Notes: a model not told the origin generated them from the sequence alone. A stretch of 64,000 nt of DNA from Paraspadella gotoi (GCA_051294375.1 CM119269.1:20817665-20881664), one strand, 5' to 3'; positions 12,554-26,632 are shown, counted from the first letter of the stretch. Program-made: numbers and translations.

Positions 12554-13041
12554 TGCTCCAATTTCACTCACTTCCATAATCGCTTAACAGCAGATCCCGA
12601 CTCTATAATCCACTTTGTCGGTCCGTCGGTCCTCCCCCCTTAATCTTATCGGGCACTTACTTAAATAATGTTAAAACATCGAATTATAACTTTTATTTTT
12701 TTCATTTAAACTGATTTCTACTCGCACGATTCCATCAAAACTTTATATCCAGCTCAATCACACACTTTACTACCACACACAAAATTTGACCTCAATCCAT
12801 CCATCCAATCACAAATAATTTGAGTTTAATCCTAAGAAGGGACGGAAGAACGGTCGGACGGACAAACAGACGGACGGATGGACATAATCTTTTTTGCATT
12901 GTTTATCATAATTCGATGTTCTGACATTATTTAAGTTATTTAACGACAAGATTGGGGGTGGACCGACGGACCGACAAAGTGGATTATAGAGTTGGAATCT
13001 GCTGATAAGCAGCGTTTATAAAAGTGAGTGAAATTGGAGCA
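12554..13041. mobile_element. Inverted-repeat element with ~85-bp arms resembling DINE/Helentron ends
   Basis: 12554-12639 (tgctccaatttcactcac...actctataatccactttgtcggtccgtcggtcc) is inverted at 12954-13041. A (GGAC)n-like run lies inside at 12840-12885. Confidence 0.75.
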
Positions 13042-13123
13042 GATCTGACCAAAAAGTAATATTCACTTGAAGTAATTTTAAGTTTCTCTCTCTTTCTCTC
13101 TCTCTCTCTCTCTTTCTCTCTCC

Positions 13124-13206
<83 letters not shown>

Positions 13207-13491
13207 AATAAAATGATATGAATAATGCGAGTTGAAAAAAATGATGTAAGTTAAAAAATGATGCAAGTTGAAAAATATTTAAAGTTAGTTCAGTTCAGTT
13301 TGATAATCCCTCGCAATCGATTTGGTTTGGTTAGGTACGATATGTTATGATCAGTTAGTATCACAAATTGAAAGAATTATCATGATTTATCATCTGATTA
13401 GCAGATTAACGCTTAATTATCGTAGGCAGATCCGACTTTGTTTACTCTAACTTGTTTTGAACTTATTGAAATTTCTGTTTTCCTCTCTCTG

Positions 13492-13522
<31 letters not shown>

Positions 13523-15017
13523 TCTCTCTCTTCTCTCTCTTTCTCTCTCTCTCTCTCTTCTCTCTCTCTCTTCTCTCTCTCTCTCTTCTCTCTTTCCCTA
13601 TTTTTTTCTCTCTGTCTCTCTCTCTCTCTCTCTCCCATTTACTTCCATTCTCAGCCACCGAGCCCGGGTAAGGCGGTGGGAACTTTCTCGAGTAGTCTAC
13701 GAAAAGATTGTCGTCGTTGTTATTGTTGTCGACACCAATGGCCGATGGAAATGACAAGGACGTCGAGGACGACAATGAAAACGTTGGGGGACGAAAACAA
13801 TGAGGACGAAAAGAATAACAACGACGACGACGACGACGAGGGCGTCAAAGTCAAACGCTCAACTGCTCAATTCGTTTACGACTTGATTCGTCAAGAAAAA
13901 GAAAAAGTGATAAAAAACAAGAAGACTTATAAAAAAAAAAAAAAAAAAAACAAACCACCAAAATGACAATGAATTCCACCGTTTTTTCTTTGTTTGTAGT
14001 TTTTTTTTAATTTCTTGTTCGGTAAACAACAACAATAACAACAACTGTTTTGAACATTTTGTTTAAATCCCGATGAATTATAAGACCAAAAACCAGAAAG
14101 ATTTGTTTTTCCAGTTCTGTTCTGTTTTGATCGTGTTCTTCTTTCTGTATTTATTTTTTTTCTTCCTTTTCCTCCTATTTCTAGATTTTCGATTATTCTT
14201 TTAATGCCTCAGTATTGTTATTCGAATTGAAAAATTTTCTCGCCGAAACTGTTTTCTCAAACCTGGGCCGAACATCTGTCATTTGAATGGAGAGTCGACA
14301 CTGCAGCCCAAGCGGGATACAGATTGAAATAGTCGAAATCATTTAACTGGCAGCGACATTTGTACAGGGACTTCCATCTGGACTGATACTATAACTTGTA
14401 ATATAATCAAAGCGAAGAGTATTTGGGTTATAAAATTTTTTTTGTACTAATAAAAAAATATTTGAATTTTTTTTCTACCAATTCGTAACATTCTAGCTAG
14501 GATAGTTGCTATGTTATAAACATTTTTCCTCAGAGGGTAAATTTCTGAAGAAGCATTTTTTCTTTGAAATTTTTACTTTGAAAGTGGACCTTACTATCAA
14601 TCCTTCAGTTCCCTTTAAAACAGAATACAATTTTTTTTTATAATATGAATAATATTGGATAATAATCATTACGTTTTCTGTTTAAAATGTTATAAAAATG
14701 AATATACAGTTTAATCTCATCTTCTCGTAGCAGTGCTGATTGATATCCCTGTATTCAATAAAAAACAGAATTGGGCTTTTTTACTGGAAAAAAAAAGAAA
14801 AAGTGAGAGAGAGAGAGAGAGTGAGAGAGAGAGAGAAAGAGAGAGGTGGGAAAGAGAGAAAATATCTTATTTTTACAAATTTCTTGACTAAAATAGAAAC
14901 GAAAAGAATAGGAATTAAAAAAAGGAGGAAAAAAGAATAAAAGAGAAACAATATCGAAAGAAAAAATTGAGTAAGAAATTTTATTATCAAAGTATTTACT
15001 AAAGAAAGAAAGAGAAG

Positions 15018-15082
<65 letters not shown>

Positions 15083-15972
15083 CGCATTACCGTGTTCGCC
15101 TGTAAAATATGTGTTAACTGTTATCATCACTATTTAATCTATTAGTACTCTATTTAAATTGACTTTGGGAAAATATGTAATACTATGTTTTTTTTATCAT
15201 ACAAAGAAAATAATTCTACTTTTTAAACTTTAAAGAGTTCAGTCGGTTGCCAAATCTAAACCGACAGGCGGTTATCATCCGCTCAATTACACCCTGACTG
15301 ACACATGTCAGGCCGATCCAACCCCGCCGGCGTCGACGTTTATGTCAATCGAATTCTCGATTAACCGGAGAGAAATTCCACGCACGCGCAGTTGGCCTCT
15401 TAAACGCGCGATCATTCGCGAGACGGAGCGCCGACCGAAAAAGTAATAGAAGTTTGAGATGGCGCTGATGTGAATGAAACGAGGCGCCGTTGGCAAAGAG
15501 AGTAAGGCTTAGACCAGAAGAAGGGAACAGAACAAGAAAGGACGGAGAGAATTGTTCAATTCAGCGCCGCACAATAAAAAGAAATATATTTAGAATTTAG
15601 AAAATTAACGCTCGTAGGTACGAGAAATGAGCAAATTCAATGGAAGCGATGACTTTACTGGAAATGTGAGAAGAGACAGTGAAGTCGAAACTCGTTCTTA
15701 ATCTTAGGTAAGAGGCTCCATGAGCTGAAAAATAGAGGAAAGTTGCTTGACATAGAATGGAAGCACAACGCCCGAAACTGAAATTAAGAATGTCAAAAAC
15801 AAAATGTAAATGAAACTTAAAATAAGGGATGAGTTATTCAGAGAAGCTTAAAAAGGGTAAAAGGACGAATCGGGTTGGTAAGATAACGTGATACGCATGG
15901 AAGAAGGCGTGACCAAGGAGAAAAAGAAGGTGCGAGGGCACGACCCGAATCGCGTAAGTGGGCGTGGAGAGA

Positions 15973-16102
<130 letters not shown>

Positions 16103-16412
16103 TAACCGAAAATAGAGGGAGTCAAGTCCGGAAATGCATTTAGATGGAGGAATTTACGAAGGAGGTGATATATCGAGCAGATGAGGCTTTTGAGGAGGGA
16201 GAAAGGAAAGTAGAGAAGAGGGAGAAAAAGGAGAAAAATTGAAATAATGTGGATCCAAAAAAGGAATTTTCTTAGAAAAAGAAAACAACACATGTAAGGA
16301 TGAGATAAAAATAGAACAGAGTGCGAAAAAAAGGTATATGAGTAACGAAATCTGAAGAGGCCCTATGGGTAAGGAATCTCTTTTTTGAGAGTGACTCATT
16401 TCTGTTCGTTTA

Positions 16413-16694
16413 TCCCAGAATTTAATTTTAACCTTCGTATTTAACCTAAACAAAGTAAACATGCTTTTAAGCCTACAACCCAATATTTTAATCCTAATCC
16501 TTAACCATAATCCCTGACCATAACTTAATCCTAAACCAAACCCTAAACCCTAATTTCTAACTTTAACCTTTAACCTTAAATCTTAGTTCCTAAACTAATT
16601 TTTAACATAATCCCTCACTCTAACCTTAAATCTAATCTGTAACTAAAACAATTAACTTAATTTCTAATTTCTGATGAAATGGGGCGCTCTGGGA
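16413..16694. mobile_element. Degenerate MITE with telomere-like (TAACCY)n interior
   Basis: Degenerate taaccc/taacct array at ~16490-16640. The right end aaatggggcgctctggga resembles the TIR of the 59.1 kb element. Confidence 0.45.
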
Positions 16695-17400
16695 AATTAA
16701 AGGAAAAAAATTAACCGTACAAGAGTTAAAAAAAAGAAGAAATATTTCGAAAAAAAATAAAATAAAAATGAACAGAATAACGTTTCTCACGTCACCCATT
16801 CGGGCGTTCATTCTTTCTCCCATCAATTGCCATAACGTTATGACATTCACGTCAAGGTCCTTGCCGCAGCTGCCGCCGGTGCTGCTGCGACTCCCGGTAT
16901 CGACTCCGACGTAAACTTGCACCTGAATGACAACCTCTTTTTTCAAATGTGAAGGAAAAAAAATAAATAGAGGCAAAGAAAAAAAATTGTGAAGGAAAAA
17001 TAGAAAAAACTCAAGGGAAGGTAGTAAAAATAAAGGTAGCGGACAAACAGACTTCAAAAAGAAAAGATAGGATAGTGAAAATACAATGACAGAAAAAAAT
17101 TTTGTTGATGACGAAGGACGATTTTATTCTCGACCTACTCATTAGTTTTCAGAAAGGAAACATTGAGGATCTCAGTTTATCAAAATTTCTCTTATGGAAT
17201 TTAAGACATTCATATTATTTATGACTAAGTAACGTTAAGTTCATCTTTGATTTAACTTGACTACTTTGTTTTTCTTTTTCTCAACCATTTTAATTTCAGT
17301 TGAATTCGACTCATAGCTTCTCTGTTTTCCATGCCCGCCATACTGGCTTTCCTCCAACTTCTCCTCCCCATAATCCTCACCTCATCTCCTCCTCCTCCTC

Positions 17401-17704
17401 NNNNNNNNNNNNNNNNNNNNNNNNNNNNNNNNNNNNNNNNNNNNNNNNNNNNNNNNNNNNNNNNNNNNNNNNNNNNNNNNNNNNNNNNNNNNNNNNNNNN
17501 NNNNNNNNNNNNNNNNNNNNNNNNNNNNNNNNNNNNNNNNNNNNNNNNNNNNNNNNNNNNNNNNNNNNNNNNNNNNNNNNNNNNNNNNNNNNNNNNNNNN
17601 NNNNNNNNNNNNNNNNNNNNNNNNNNNNNNNNNNNNNNNNNNNNNNNNNNNNNNNNNNNNNNNNNNNNNNNNNNNNNNNNNNNNNNNNNNNNNNNNNNNN
17701 NNNN
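17401..17704. other. Assembly gap (N run); other gaps at 19841-20000, 20316-20475, 38349-38373, 46041-46065, 52924-52948
   Basis: N runs seen directly; the last three are exactly 25 N. Confidence 1.
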
Positions 17705-17963
17705 TCTCATGTGCGCTGTAAAGGCGGATATTCCCGAACCTTGGTCGTTCACTCTCACATTTTTTACGAATAAAAGCGATAAAAAGTCTTTTGCATTGGG
17801 GGCTCACTCTATATCTCTCACATTCTCTCTCTGTCTCTCACTTTCCAACCTTAGTTTTCCCAGGTGCCTATTTATTGGTAATCCCATTTTGTAACAGTGC
17901 AACATTTTGGTGTTATCTTTATTTCTTCTCTTTTTTCTTTCTTTCTCTCTTTTGTCTTTTTTT

Positions 17964-17964
<1 letters not shown>

Positions 17965-18023
<59 letters not shown>

Positions 18024-18027
18024 TCGT

Positions 18028-18067
<40 letters not shown>

Positions 18068-18070
18068 TTC
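17965..18070 (+). repeat. (CTTT)n microsatellite
   Basis: Seen directly. Confidence 0.95.
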
Positions 18071-18961
18071 TGATTCCGTTATTTATTTTTCGGTTTTCAT
18101 TCCTCTTGATTTTTCTTTTCTTATACTTCTCTTTTTTCTTTTTCTTCTCCTTTCAACTTCTTATCTCCCCATCAGAGGACGGGTCGTCGTATGATCGCCC
18201 AGTCATGCCCGCGCGGCGAGAGCTACGGAGGAGCGTCGCAGGCTTTCGACACGGACGCGGACTTCTTTCGTTTTTCGTTTTCAAGCTCCCCCGGCTTTCA
18301 TCACATAATAAGAGCGACGAACTTTTCGCGCTGCCGATAGAGACCGCCGTAATTATTAGTCTCTCTCTCTCTCTCTCTCTCTTTCTCGTCTCTCTCTCGT
18401 CTCTCTCTGCTCTCTCTCTTCTCTTCTCTCTCTCTCTCTCAGACTCCTCTCTTCAAGAACTTGTCCCAAGCGGTGGAATCTTTATTAAGACTCGATTTCG
18501 TCCAGATTTCGCCCTGAGGCGCCAATTAGCTCCACCCGCCCATTCATTTCCTTAACCAAGACTCACTTCCTCTCTTTGATCATCTCTTTGATCATCTTTG
18601 GTTGAATCCACACTCTTGACTCATTTTGAAATACATTTGTAACGGAAGGGATTTTTGTTGAACGAAGCGAAAACAACAATCGCGGGCAAGTTCAACTCGT
18701 GTCGCCGCATTACAACATATGGCTGAAACATATGGCTGAAACATATGCACACCAAGCATCTTAAGGCTGATCACTTGTTTTTAAACTTTTAAAGTATTAC
18801 ACGAGTTATGTCGCATTGACTTTCTGATCACGTCACCGTAGTTTTTATGTGGTGACGCCTTGTTCTGTCCAATGGTACCCTACCTTTCTACCAAATATGA
18901 TACAGTATTACCGGAATTAAAAGTATTTGAAACGAGTATTCGAAATAAGTGTGAAAGACTT

Positions 18962-19032
18962 AGAGACAGATAGACAGACTGACAAAAGTCACTTATTGAG
19001 TTGCTCTGCGAGTACTCGCGATGTAATTAATA
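18962..19032 (-). mobile_element. DINE-1/Helentron-like (HINE) element end
   Basis: The reverse complement reads ..tcgcgagtactcgcagagcaactcaataagtgacttttgtcagtctgtctatctgtc, homologous to the 55763 copy (hairpin, gcaactc.ataag, then (GTCY)n). Confidence 0.55.
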
Positions 19033-20475
19033 ACACGAATTTATTAAAAATAAAAACCAATATAAACTCTTCGGTTCAGAATGACCTCCCGCCGAAAAAA
19101 AAAGAAAGGATCGGAAATTCCATCTCATTTACAGTAAAAGAGATTAAATTGCGCGCGTGACTCAATAAACGGAAAGAACCTGATTGGTTCGTTTTAAGTT
19201 CTGCGATGTGATTAGTCTCATAAAATATCGATTTCGCAGCCAATCAGAGTTCAGTTGTTTCCTAATCGAAGGCTTTGAACGAGATGGAGTTTCTCCTTTA
19301 TCCCCTTCGCCAATATTTCATGTTTTTCGTATTATCATTTTTTCTTTTAATATTTTTTTTTATTTTTCGAATTTATCATTATTTGAAAGAAACTAATTTG
19401 AATATTTCGATCAAAGGAAGGACGAATTTCTTTGTGTACACTTTTTTCTTTGGACAAGCTTAATGAGTTTTACTTTAATAAGAATTTTCCGCCAACGCTT
19501 CTACCCACCACATCCGCCACCTCCGTCGCTTCTTCAGCAGCTGCCGCTGTCGCGGCTGTCGCCGCTGCCTCCGCCCCAGTCTGCACTGCCTTTTCCCTTC
19601 TCTTCTCCCGCTTATTCCGCCTTAGTTTTTGCGCTGCGTCCACTTTCCTAACTTCGGTTAGTTTAAATCAGCAACCGCTTTAGCTTTACCCCAAAATATA
19701 ATTCATATTCACATCTAATCGTATCAAAACAATTTTTCTTTTTTAAATCTGATCAGTTTTCGCTTTTGATACTTTGGACATGAGGCGTTGCAACCACGTC
19801 GAACCAGCCTCAACCCGGCCAACCCCCGCAAATCCCTTGTNNNNNNNNNNNNNNNNNNNNNNNNNNNNNNNNNNNNNNNNNNNNNNNNNNNNNNNNNNNN
19901 NNNNNNNNNNNNNNNNNNNNNNNNNNNNNNNNNNNNNNNNNNNNNNNNNNNNNNNNNNNNNNNNNNNNNNNNNNNNNNNNNNNNNNNNNNNNNNNNNNNN
20001 AGAGACGAAGGATAGAGAGGAGAGGAGAAGGGCAGAGAGAGAGATAGAAAGAGGAGAGAGAAAGAGGGATTTAGATTTAGATTTTTTTTTTCCTCTGAGG
20101 ATTTGCGAGGAAACAAAACCCTAAATTGTAAGCGTGAAGATCTTTTTCTTCCCTGATTTGCATAAGACGTCGTTTGTTAGACCTTGGTTCAACTCGCCAC
20201 TTACCCTCCCAAACGAGTCTCACCCACCACAGCCGTTCACGTCACTTACCTACCTAAGATGCATAACAAGGAAAGAGAATGGAGTCGCTGTTTTACAAAA
20301 CGTCTGGAAAGTATTNNNNNNNNNNNNNNNNNNNNNNNNNNNNNNNNNNNNNNNNNNNNNNNNNNNNNNNNNNNNNNNNNNNNNNNNNNNNNNNNNNNNN
20401 NNNNNNNNNNNNNNNNNNNNNNNNNNNNNNNNNNNNNNNNNNNNNNNNNNNNNNNNNNNNNNNNNNNNNNNNNNN

Positions 20476-20506
<31 letters not shown>

Positions 20507-21356
20507 TCTCCATCATTAAACTAGTTTCGTTCGTCGACGGCGTTTTGTTTTTTACAAGGGATATATATACCATTGAGAAACTACAAGAGAGATAAAGAGA
20601 GAGAAAAAAAGTGAAGCGATGCGAAATTCTGGTATGAGAGGCATAATAAATATATACGTGTACAATTGTACATATGTTTACATTCTCCTTTTTCTCTCAG
20701 TATTTTCTCATTTTCTCTTTTTTCTTTTTGTTTTGTTTTGTTTTTCTCTCATCCTTTTATTCAAAAATCCCAGAAAACTTGAGGTTCTTTTCGCCCTCAA
20801 TTTTTTTTTTTTTCGGCCTTCCACTTTCCGCGCCCTCGTCACATGCATCGCCCCAATCGCCCACGTCGCTCCCCGTCAACTTTAGAATTACTCCTCTCCC
20901 TTTATAGTTTATACTTTTTTCTTCTTTATATTTTTTTATACTTTTTCATTATGCGATAATCCTTTCTTTTCGTTGTTTTTAATTTTTGAAGCCAACAAGC
21001 CGAAACATGTCCGTCTCTTAATAATAAAAATCGTTGTAATAATTTAAAAAAATAATTTGCTTTCTCAAAAACTTTTTCATTATGTATTTTTTTCCTTTTC
21101 CATGCGACTTTTCTTTCCTCACTCGAATCATCTTTTCTCCGCCTGGTTTCATTCTTCCGTTCTCCTTTTTCCTATCTCTCTGTCTCTCTCTAACTCTCTT
21201 TTGTCCTAACGTCCCCATCCTCTCTTTACTTCTTCCTCCCCAACCTTTCTATTCTAGTCTTTAAAAGGGGAGGAGAGGAGCGAAGCGGCGTCGAATTCAG
21301 GCCGTTAATCAAACACATCCGACGCCGTCGCCCAAAATAGCGCCTCTGTCTCTCGG

Positions 21357-21485
<129 letters not shown>

Positions 21486-21611
21486 CAAAACGAACAGAAA
21501 ATGGCGATATCGCCGATGTTGTTGATATGAAAAATTGAATTTCAGATTCGACGATAGCTTCCAAGGCTCCCGCGAGGAACATTTCGGTCGGTCAGTCGTT
21601 ATCTATGTCTG

Positions 21612-21660
21612 CAACTGTCAACTGTCAACTGTCAACTGTCAACTGTCAACTGTCAACTGC
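21612..21660 (+). repeat. (CAACTGT)n heptamer tandem repeat
   Basis: Seven copies of caactgt, the last one imperfect. Confidence 0.9.
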
Positions 21661-22786
21661 ATTCAGAACAAAAATAATAATACAATAATACAATAATACA
21701 TCCGATAATTTTATTGTACGGGGAATTTCCAGCGTTTGATTTAACAGTACTTATTATACTTTCCTTCTCTCTGTGAACTCCTGTATTCCATTCCTCTTTG
21801 TCTCTTTACACCTCAGTTCTCACCGACCCCAGTTTTTTCGCCTCAATTCCTCAAATCGTTAATCCATCCCATTTTTCTGACTCCTTCTTTGATTTTTTTT
21901 TTTTTTATTTGCTTTGCTCACTTTCATAGTTGCTTGCAAAACCTCTGATTACCTTTTACGGGGGTTGAGCGATCGCCTTTTTTAGCTGCTTGATTAACCT
22001 CACTTTTTTCTTTCGAAATTTTTATTTATTTTTTCTTCTTTTTTGTTTGACTCGCGTTTCCTTACTTCCTCGGCCGCTTCCTTCCTCTACTTCCTCAACC
22101 ACAACCTCACCCAATTTCCCACTTAGTCTCTCCCTGCCTCACCCACTTCCTCGACCGCTTCCGCCTTCACGCCCGCGCGCCCAATCTAAAGATAATTTTC
22201 TTTCGCTTGACCTCCGCTTATTCGAGAGAGTGAGGGATGGTGGCGGGGTAGAGTGCCCCGGGGGAGGGGCGTTGATATTAGTCAGTGATATTGGATGAGA
22301 AACGATGATGGCTGCGTAATGATTTTAAAGGGGCGTCTCAGTCTAGCGATATATATGTCAATAGAGGAATTTAATAAAACAATCTTAATTAATGAAAAGT
22401 ATAGCAAGAGATGAACTAATAGAAAGATTAGAAAGGTAGAGTTGAAGATACACCCGGGTGACTTTAACAAGCGGGGAAGTCTAATGGTTAAAATGGAGAA
22501 AGTTTCTGTCTGTCGAGGGAAAAGGATAAGAATTATCTGTTGAGGAAAATCGCCCGGAAAGACGGAGACGCGAAAAAAAAGAGGAAAGGAAAGAAAATAA
22601 GGAAAGGAAAAGAAGAGAATGAGATGAAGAGGAAAGAAATCTATGAAAAGAGGGAAGAGAGGAAAAAAAAGAGATGAGTAATGAAGAGTGACATCTGTAG
22701 GAATTTGTACGAAAGTGGAAATAACATAAGGGAGTTGTCTTTTCATACAATCGAAACATTCTTTGAAATGAAATTGGTACAACCAA

Positions 22787-23160
22787 TATAAAAATTATCC
22801 ATTCATTTAATAAATAAGCTATCTTGCCCCTGACTTTGGACAGGCTTTGGTGGTTTAAGGCCTCCATCACTCTTACAAGATAATGACATAGCAGGTCCCT
22901 GCAAGCTTTCAATCAAGACTCTCTCATAGTCTCGTTTAATAAGTAATATTATAATACTTATACTTATACCACTTCATTGATAGGGAAGCCAGGTACTCTG
23001 GGAGTGAATAAACGAGACTATGAGAGAGTCTTGATTGAAAGCTTGCAGGGACCTGCTATGTCATTATCTTGTAAGAGTGATGGAGGCCTTAAACCACCAA
23101 AGCCTGTCCAAAGTCAGGGGTAAGATAGCTTATTTATTAAATGAATGGATGATTTTTATA
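22787..23160. repeat. Long near-perfect inverted repeat (~150-bp arms, ~70-bp spacer) made from two copies of a dispersed element
   Basis: 22787-22938 is the reverse complement of 23009-23160 with only about two mismatches seen. Confidence 0.92.
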
Positions 23161-25027
23161 TAAGATTTCGCGGGATGGAAACTAAACTCAGTGTTATTAT
23201 TTTTTTATTACCTGTAAAAAAAAACACGATGATGACACGAAAATATTAAATATGCAGGCAATTGTTTACGATAAGGCGAAAAAATATGGAAGAAAAGAAA
23301 GTGGAAGAAAGGAAAAGGACAAATGGAAAAAAGGGGAAAAAAAAGGAAGAAGGAGAAAAGGGAGAAAGAGGAAAGTGGGGGAAATGGTATAAAGGAAAGT
23401 GGGAAGATGCCTCACGTGGCTCGACGGGAATAGATTCACGGCGACGAAAAAAAAGTCGCGACTTTGCTTCGTTTTATTTCCGCCATTTTGTTCTTGTTTG
23501 ACGACCGCGGATTCAACGCCGGAGAAAAAAAAAAAGAGCAAATGGTGATCATCGTTCGGGAGGAAAAAAAGAGGAAGACTGGAAACTCGTTATCGAAAGA
23601 AAAACATCTGGAATGTTGATTGGAAAAAAAAAAAAATTAAAGAATTAAGTTAAAGTTAAAGATAAAGATATGGGCGAAATCGAGATGAGATTTTATTATT
23701 TATTCTGAGAATAATGATGACGGTGAGACACATGCAAGAGTCTTGTTTATTTTTAAAAAAAATATCTATCAAACGGAAAAAAAAAAATGATCGATATAAA
23801 AAACGAGGGCTGGAAATTACGGACGGAAAGAAAAATATTGGACTGGAAAAAAAAAAAACTGGATTTTGCTTGACCGAAATCAAAGGGAAACATGAGTGAT
23901 GACTCATCGAATACGATTTTTTGAGGTGAGAAGACTGACAGAATGTCGTACCGAAGAGACAGATTAATTATTTCTGAAAATACTGATTTAAAAGAAAAAC
24001 ATAAAGGCTCATAAGCGGTCAACGTTCTGGGAAACTCATGCGAGAATCAGTTATCAGGATCCGTAAGACTAAGACCCTTTTTTAAAGGTCCTTAGGAATC
24101 GGGTCAACTTTCAACTTCGCACCATTTGGTCGTCGAGGTCCCGTTAAAAACTGTTTTCGCTTTGTTCCACATTTTGCAAAGATCCCGACGCCTCCTGCGA
24201 CTCCTTCGCTCAACTCGAGTTGTGATTTGTGAACCTCTTGACTCCGTTCACCCTCACTATTACCGACTTCTTTTTCTGGCTCCGGACATTTTAACCCTAG
24301 CGATCCCTCTCCTCTCTCCCCACAAAAAAAGCTCCATAAAGTCAAGACCTTTCCCTCCACCCCCGCCTACCGTCGGGCGATTTTCCTCCCGCCCTAATGA
24401 CCACTGACCAGGTCCGCGAGAAATGAGGCAGAAAAAAAAAGGGAATTGAGATCCCGACCTCAAAACAGAGAACGAGGGACTCGATGCTGAGATTCGGTCG
24501 GGGAAAGGGGGAAGGGAAAGAGGGAAGGGAAAGGGGGAAGGGAAAGGGGAAAAGGGAAAAGGGAAAAGGGAAAGGAGAAGGGGAAAGGGGGAAGGAAAGG
24601 GAGAGGGGGGGATAATGGTTTGGGATGGTGGGTCATAAAGGAAAGAAAAAACTTGATAGGGGGGTGGGAAGGTAGAAAAGGGAGGTGATCAAAGAGGATG
24701 TGAGGAAGTTGGCAAGTGAAGAAGTAAGGTTAGAATGGGGAAAGAAATAAATGTCTTGGATTAAAATATATAAGTCGCGAGCGGAGCATAGATTAAAGAT
24801 CGAGAAAGAAAATAGGTACAGTCGGGGCCAAAGAAGGAAATTAAGACTAAGAGGACATCAGCGATGAATAAAGTGAACAGAGAACAAATGAACAATTTGG
24901 CTTTTAAGGTAACGCTAAAAAAGCTACGGGATGGCGTTGTAGCTTAGAATTGAAAAGGCCTTGCTCTTTTACTTACAATCGTGAAGTTAATTATTCAGTT
25001 TGAACACACGAGCTCTCTTCTCGCATT

Positions 25028-25118
<91 letters not shown>

Positions 25119-26224
25119 TCTCTCTTTCCTCCTTTCCCACCGGCGCCATTTCCGCCCCCCTGGAGTTAGAAGGACGAGCGCCGACAGCGCCGTCGCCACC
25201 AAAGATGAAGACGAAGGGAACGATGACCTCGAAGACGACGACAAAGACGACGACAACCGAGCAGACGATAGTAAAGAGGACGACAAAGAGGACGACGATC
25301 TCGAGGACGACGACAAGGAGGATGACGACCTGGAGAAAGATTTTGAAGACGACGGCAAAGACGACGACGACCTGGTGATAAAAACGACGACAAAGACGAC
25401 GACGACCTGGAAGACGATGATGAAGACGACGACAAAGACGACGACGACCTGGAAGATGGTTATAAAAAAGGACGACAAAGACGACGAAGATGACAGCGAA
25501 GACGACGACTATCTCCGAAACGACGACAAAGACGACGACGACGATTTGCCAGTTATTGATATGATATGATGTCGTGTCAATAATAACGGTTGAGGGGAAA
25601 ACGATAACGATGACAAGGCTGAAGAAACGACGTTGGTGGCTAGAGGATATCGACAACGATACTTAAGTCAACTGGATCGTGTTGTGGTCCTTTGTCGTTG
25701 TTGTTGTCATCGTCGCTTGAGCTGCTACCGTAGCAATGATGTAGGTGAAAAGCATGACAAAGAAGACAAGATCAAATATTTTTTGGTGATAAAATTGGCA
25801 ATAATACTGTATAAAAAGGTGATGACTACGATTATACTTCGGCGAGTCAAAGACGAACCAACGATGATGACGACGATGACTACGGCGACGAAGGCGACGA
25901 CGAAGACGGCAAGGACACACCTGCGACGACGACGACTATGACGAAGACGACGAAGACGGCGACGACGACGACGAAGACGACGACGCATCCTCTTCCACTC
26001 GTTAATTATTGACTCGGACGATAAAGCAGTCTAGGCTGTTCAGGGCAGGAGGCCATCGACCGAAGAGAGCACGGCATTGACAGTATTAAACACTGTATCT
26101 AATGTATTATTCAAAGCGCTATTTGTTGAAAATTTTATGATAAAATAGAGGAGCTAATTTAGTAGGTTTCGGCCGTGACTGATCATTTTTGCGAGAGAAT
26201 ATGTATTCTAATTAAATTGAAACA

Positions 26225-26405
26225 ACGAAATTAAAGATTATCCACTCATTCAATATCTTGGCTCTGACTTTGGACAATGGACATGCTACGGTGGGATAAG
26301 GCCTTCTTCACTTTTACAAGATAATAACATTGAAGGGTCTCGGTCCAGTTTATTTACTCCCAGAGTACCTAACATCACTATCAATGAATTTGTATAGTAT
26401 AGTAT
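26225..26405 (-). mobile_element. Diverged copy of the ~200-bp dispersed repeat family
   Basis: Shares ctgactttggaca, aaggcct, ttacaagataat, ctcccagagtacct and ctatcaatgaa with the 22.8/23.0 kb and 58.5 kb copies. Confidence 0.7.
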
Positions 26406-26573
26406 AGTAGTGCACTCTATATAGAATCTCTAAATTAATTAAGCTCTACGCGAAAAATAACAGGAAGTCGTTAAGATTAGTAGACCATGATTTGCGGTGT
26501 GCTTTTCTTGTTTTTTTGGAAAACAGTAATGTAACCCATTCTCTCTCTCACTCTCTCTGTCCTTCCTCTCTCT

Positions 26574-26632
<59 letters not shown>

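Noticed and set aside
16490-16640. Interstitial telomere
   Set aside because: Highly degenerate and bounded by MITE-like ends; better explained as the interior of a transposon family (compare 59085-59484).
25000-25990. Asp-rich acidic protein ORF
   Set aside because: Built from GAC-microsatellite-derived repeats that are common genome-wide; the ORF begins in a CT tract and has no convincing splice sites.
26160-26192. Further hammerhead candidates (26.17 kb minus strand; 15.68 kb plus strand)
   Set aside because: They have CGAAAC but lack the CTGANGA box and a sound stem II or cleavage triplet.
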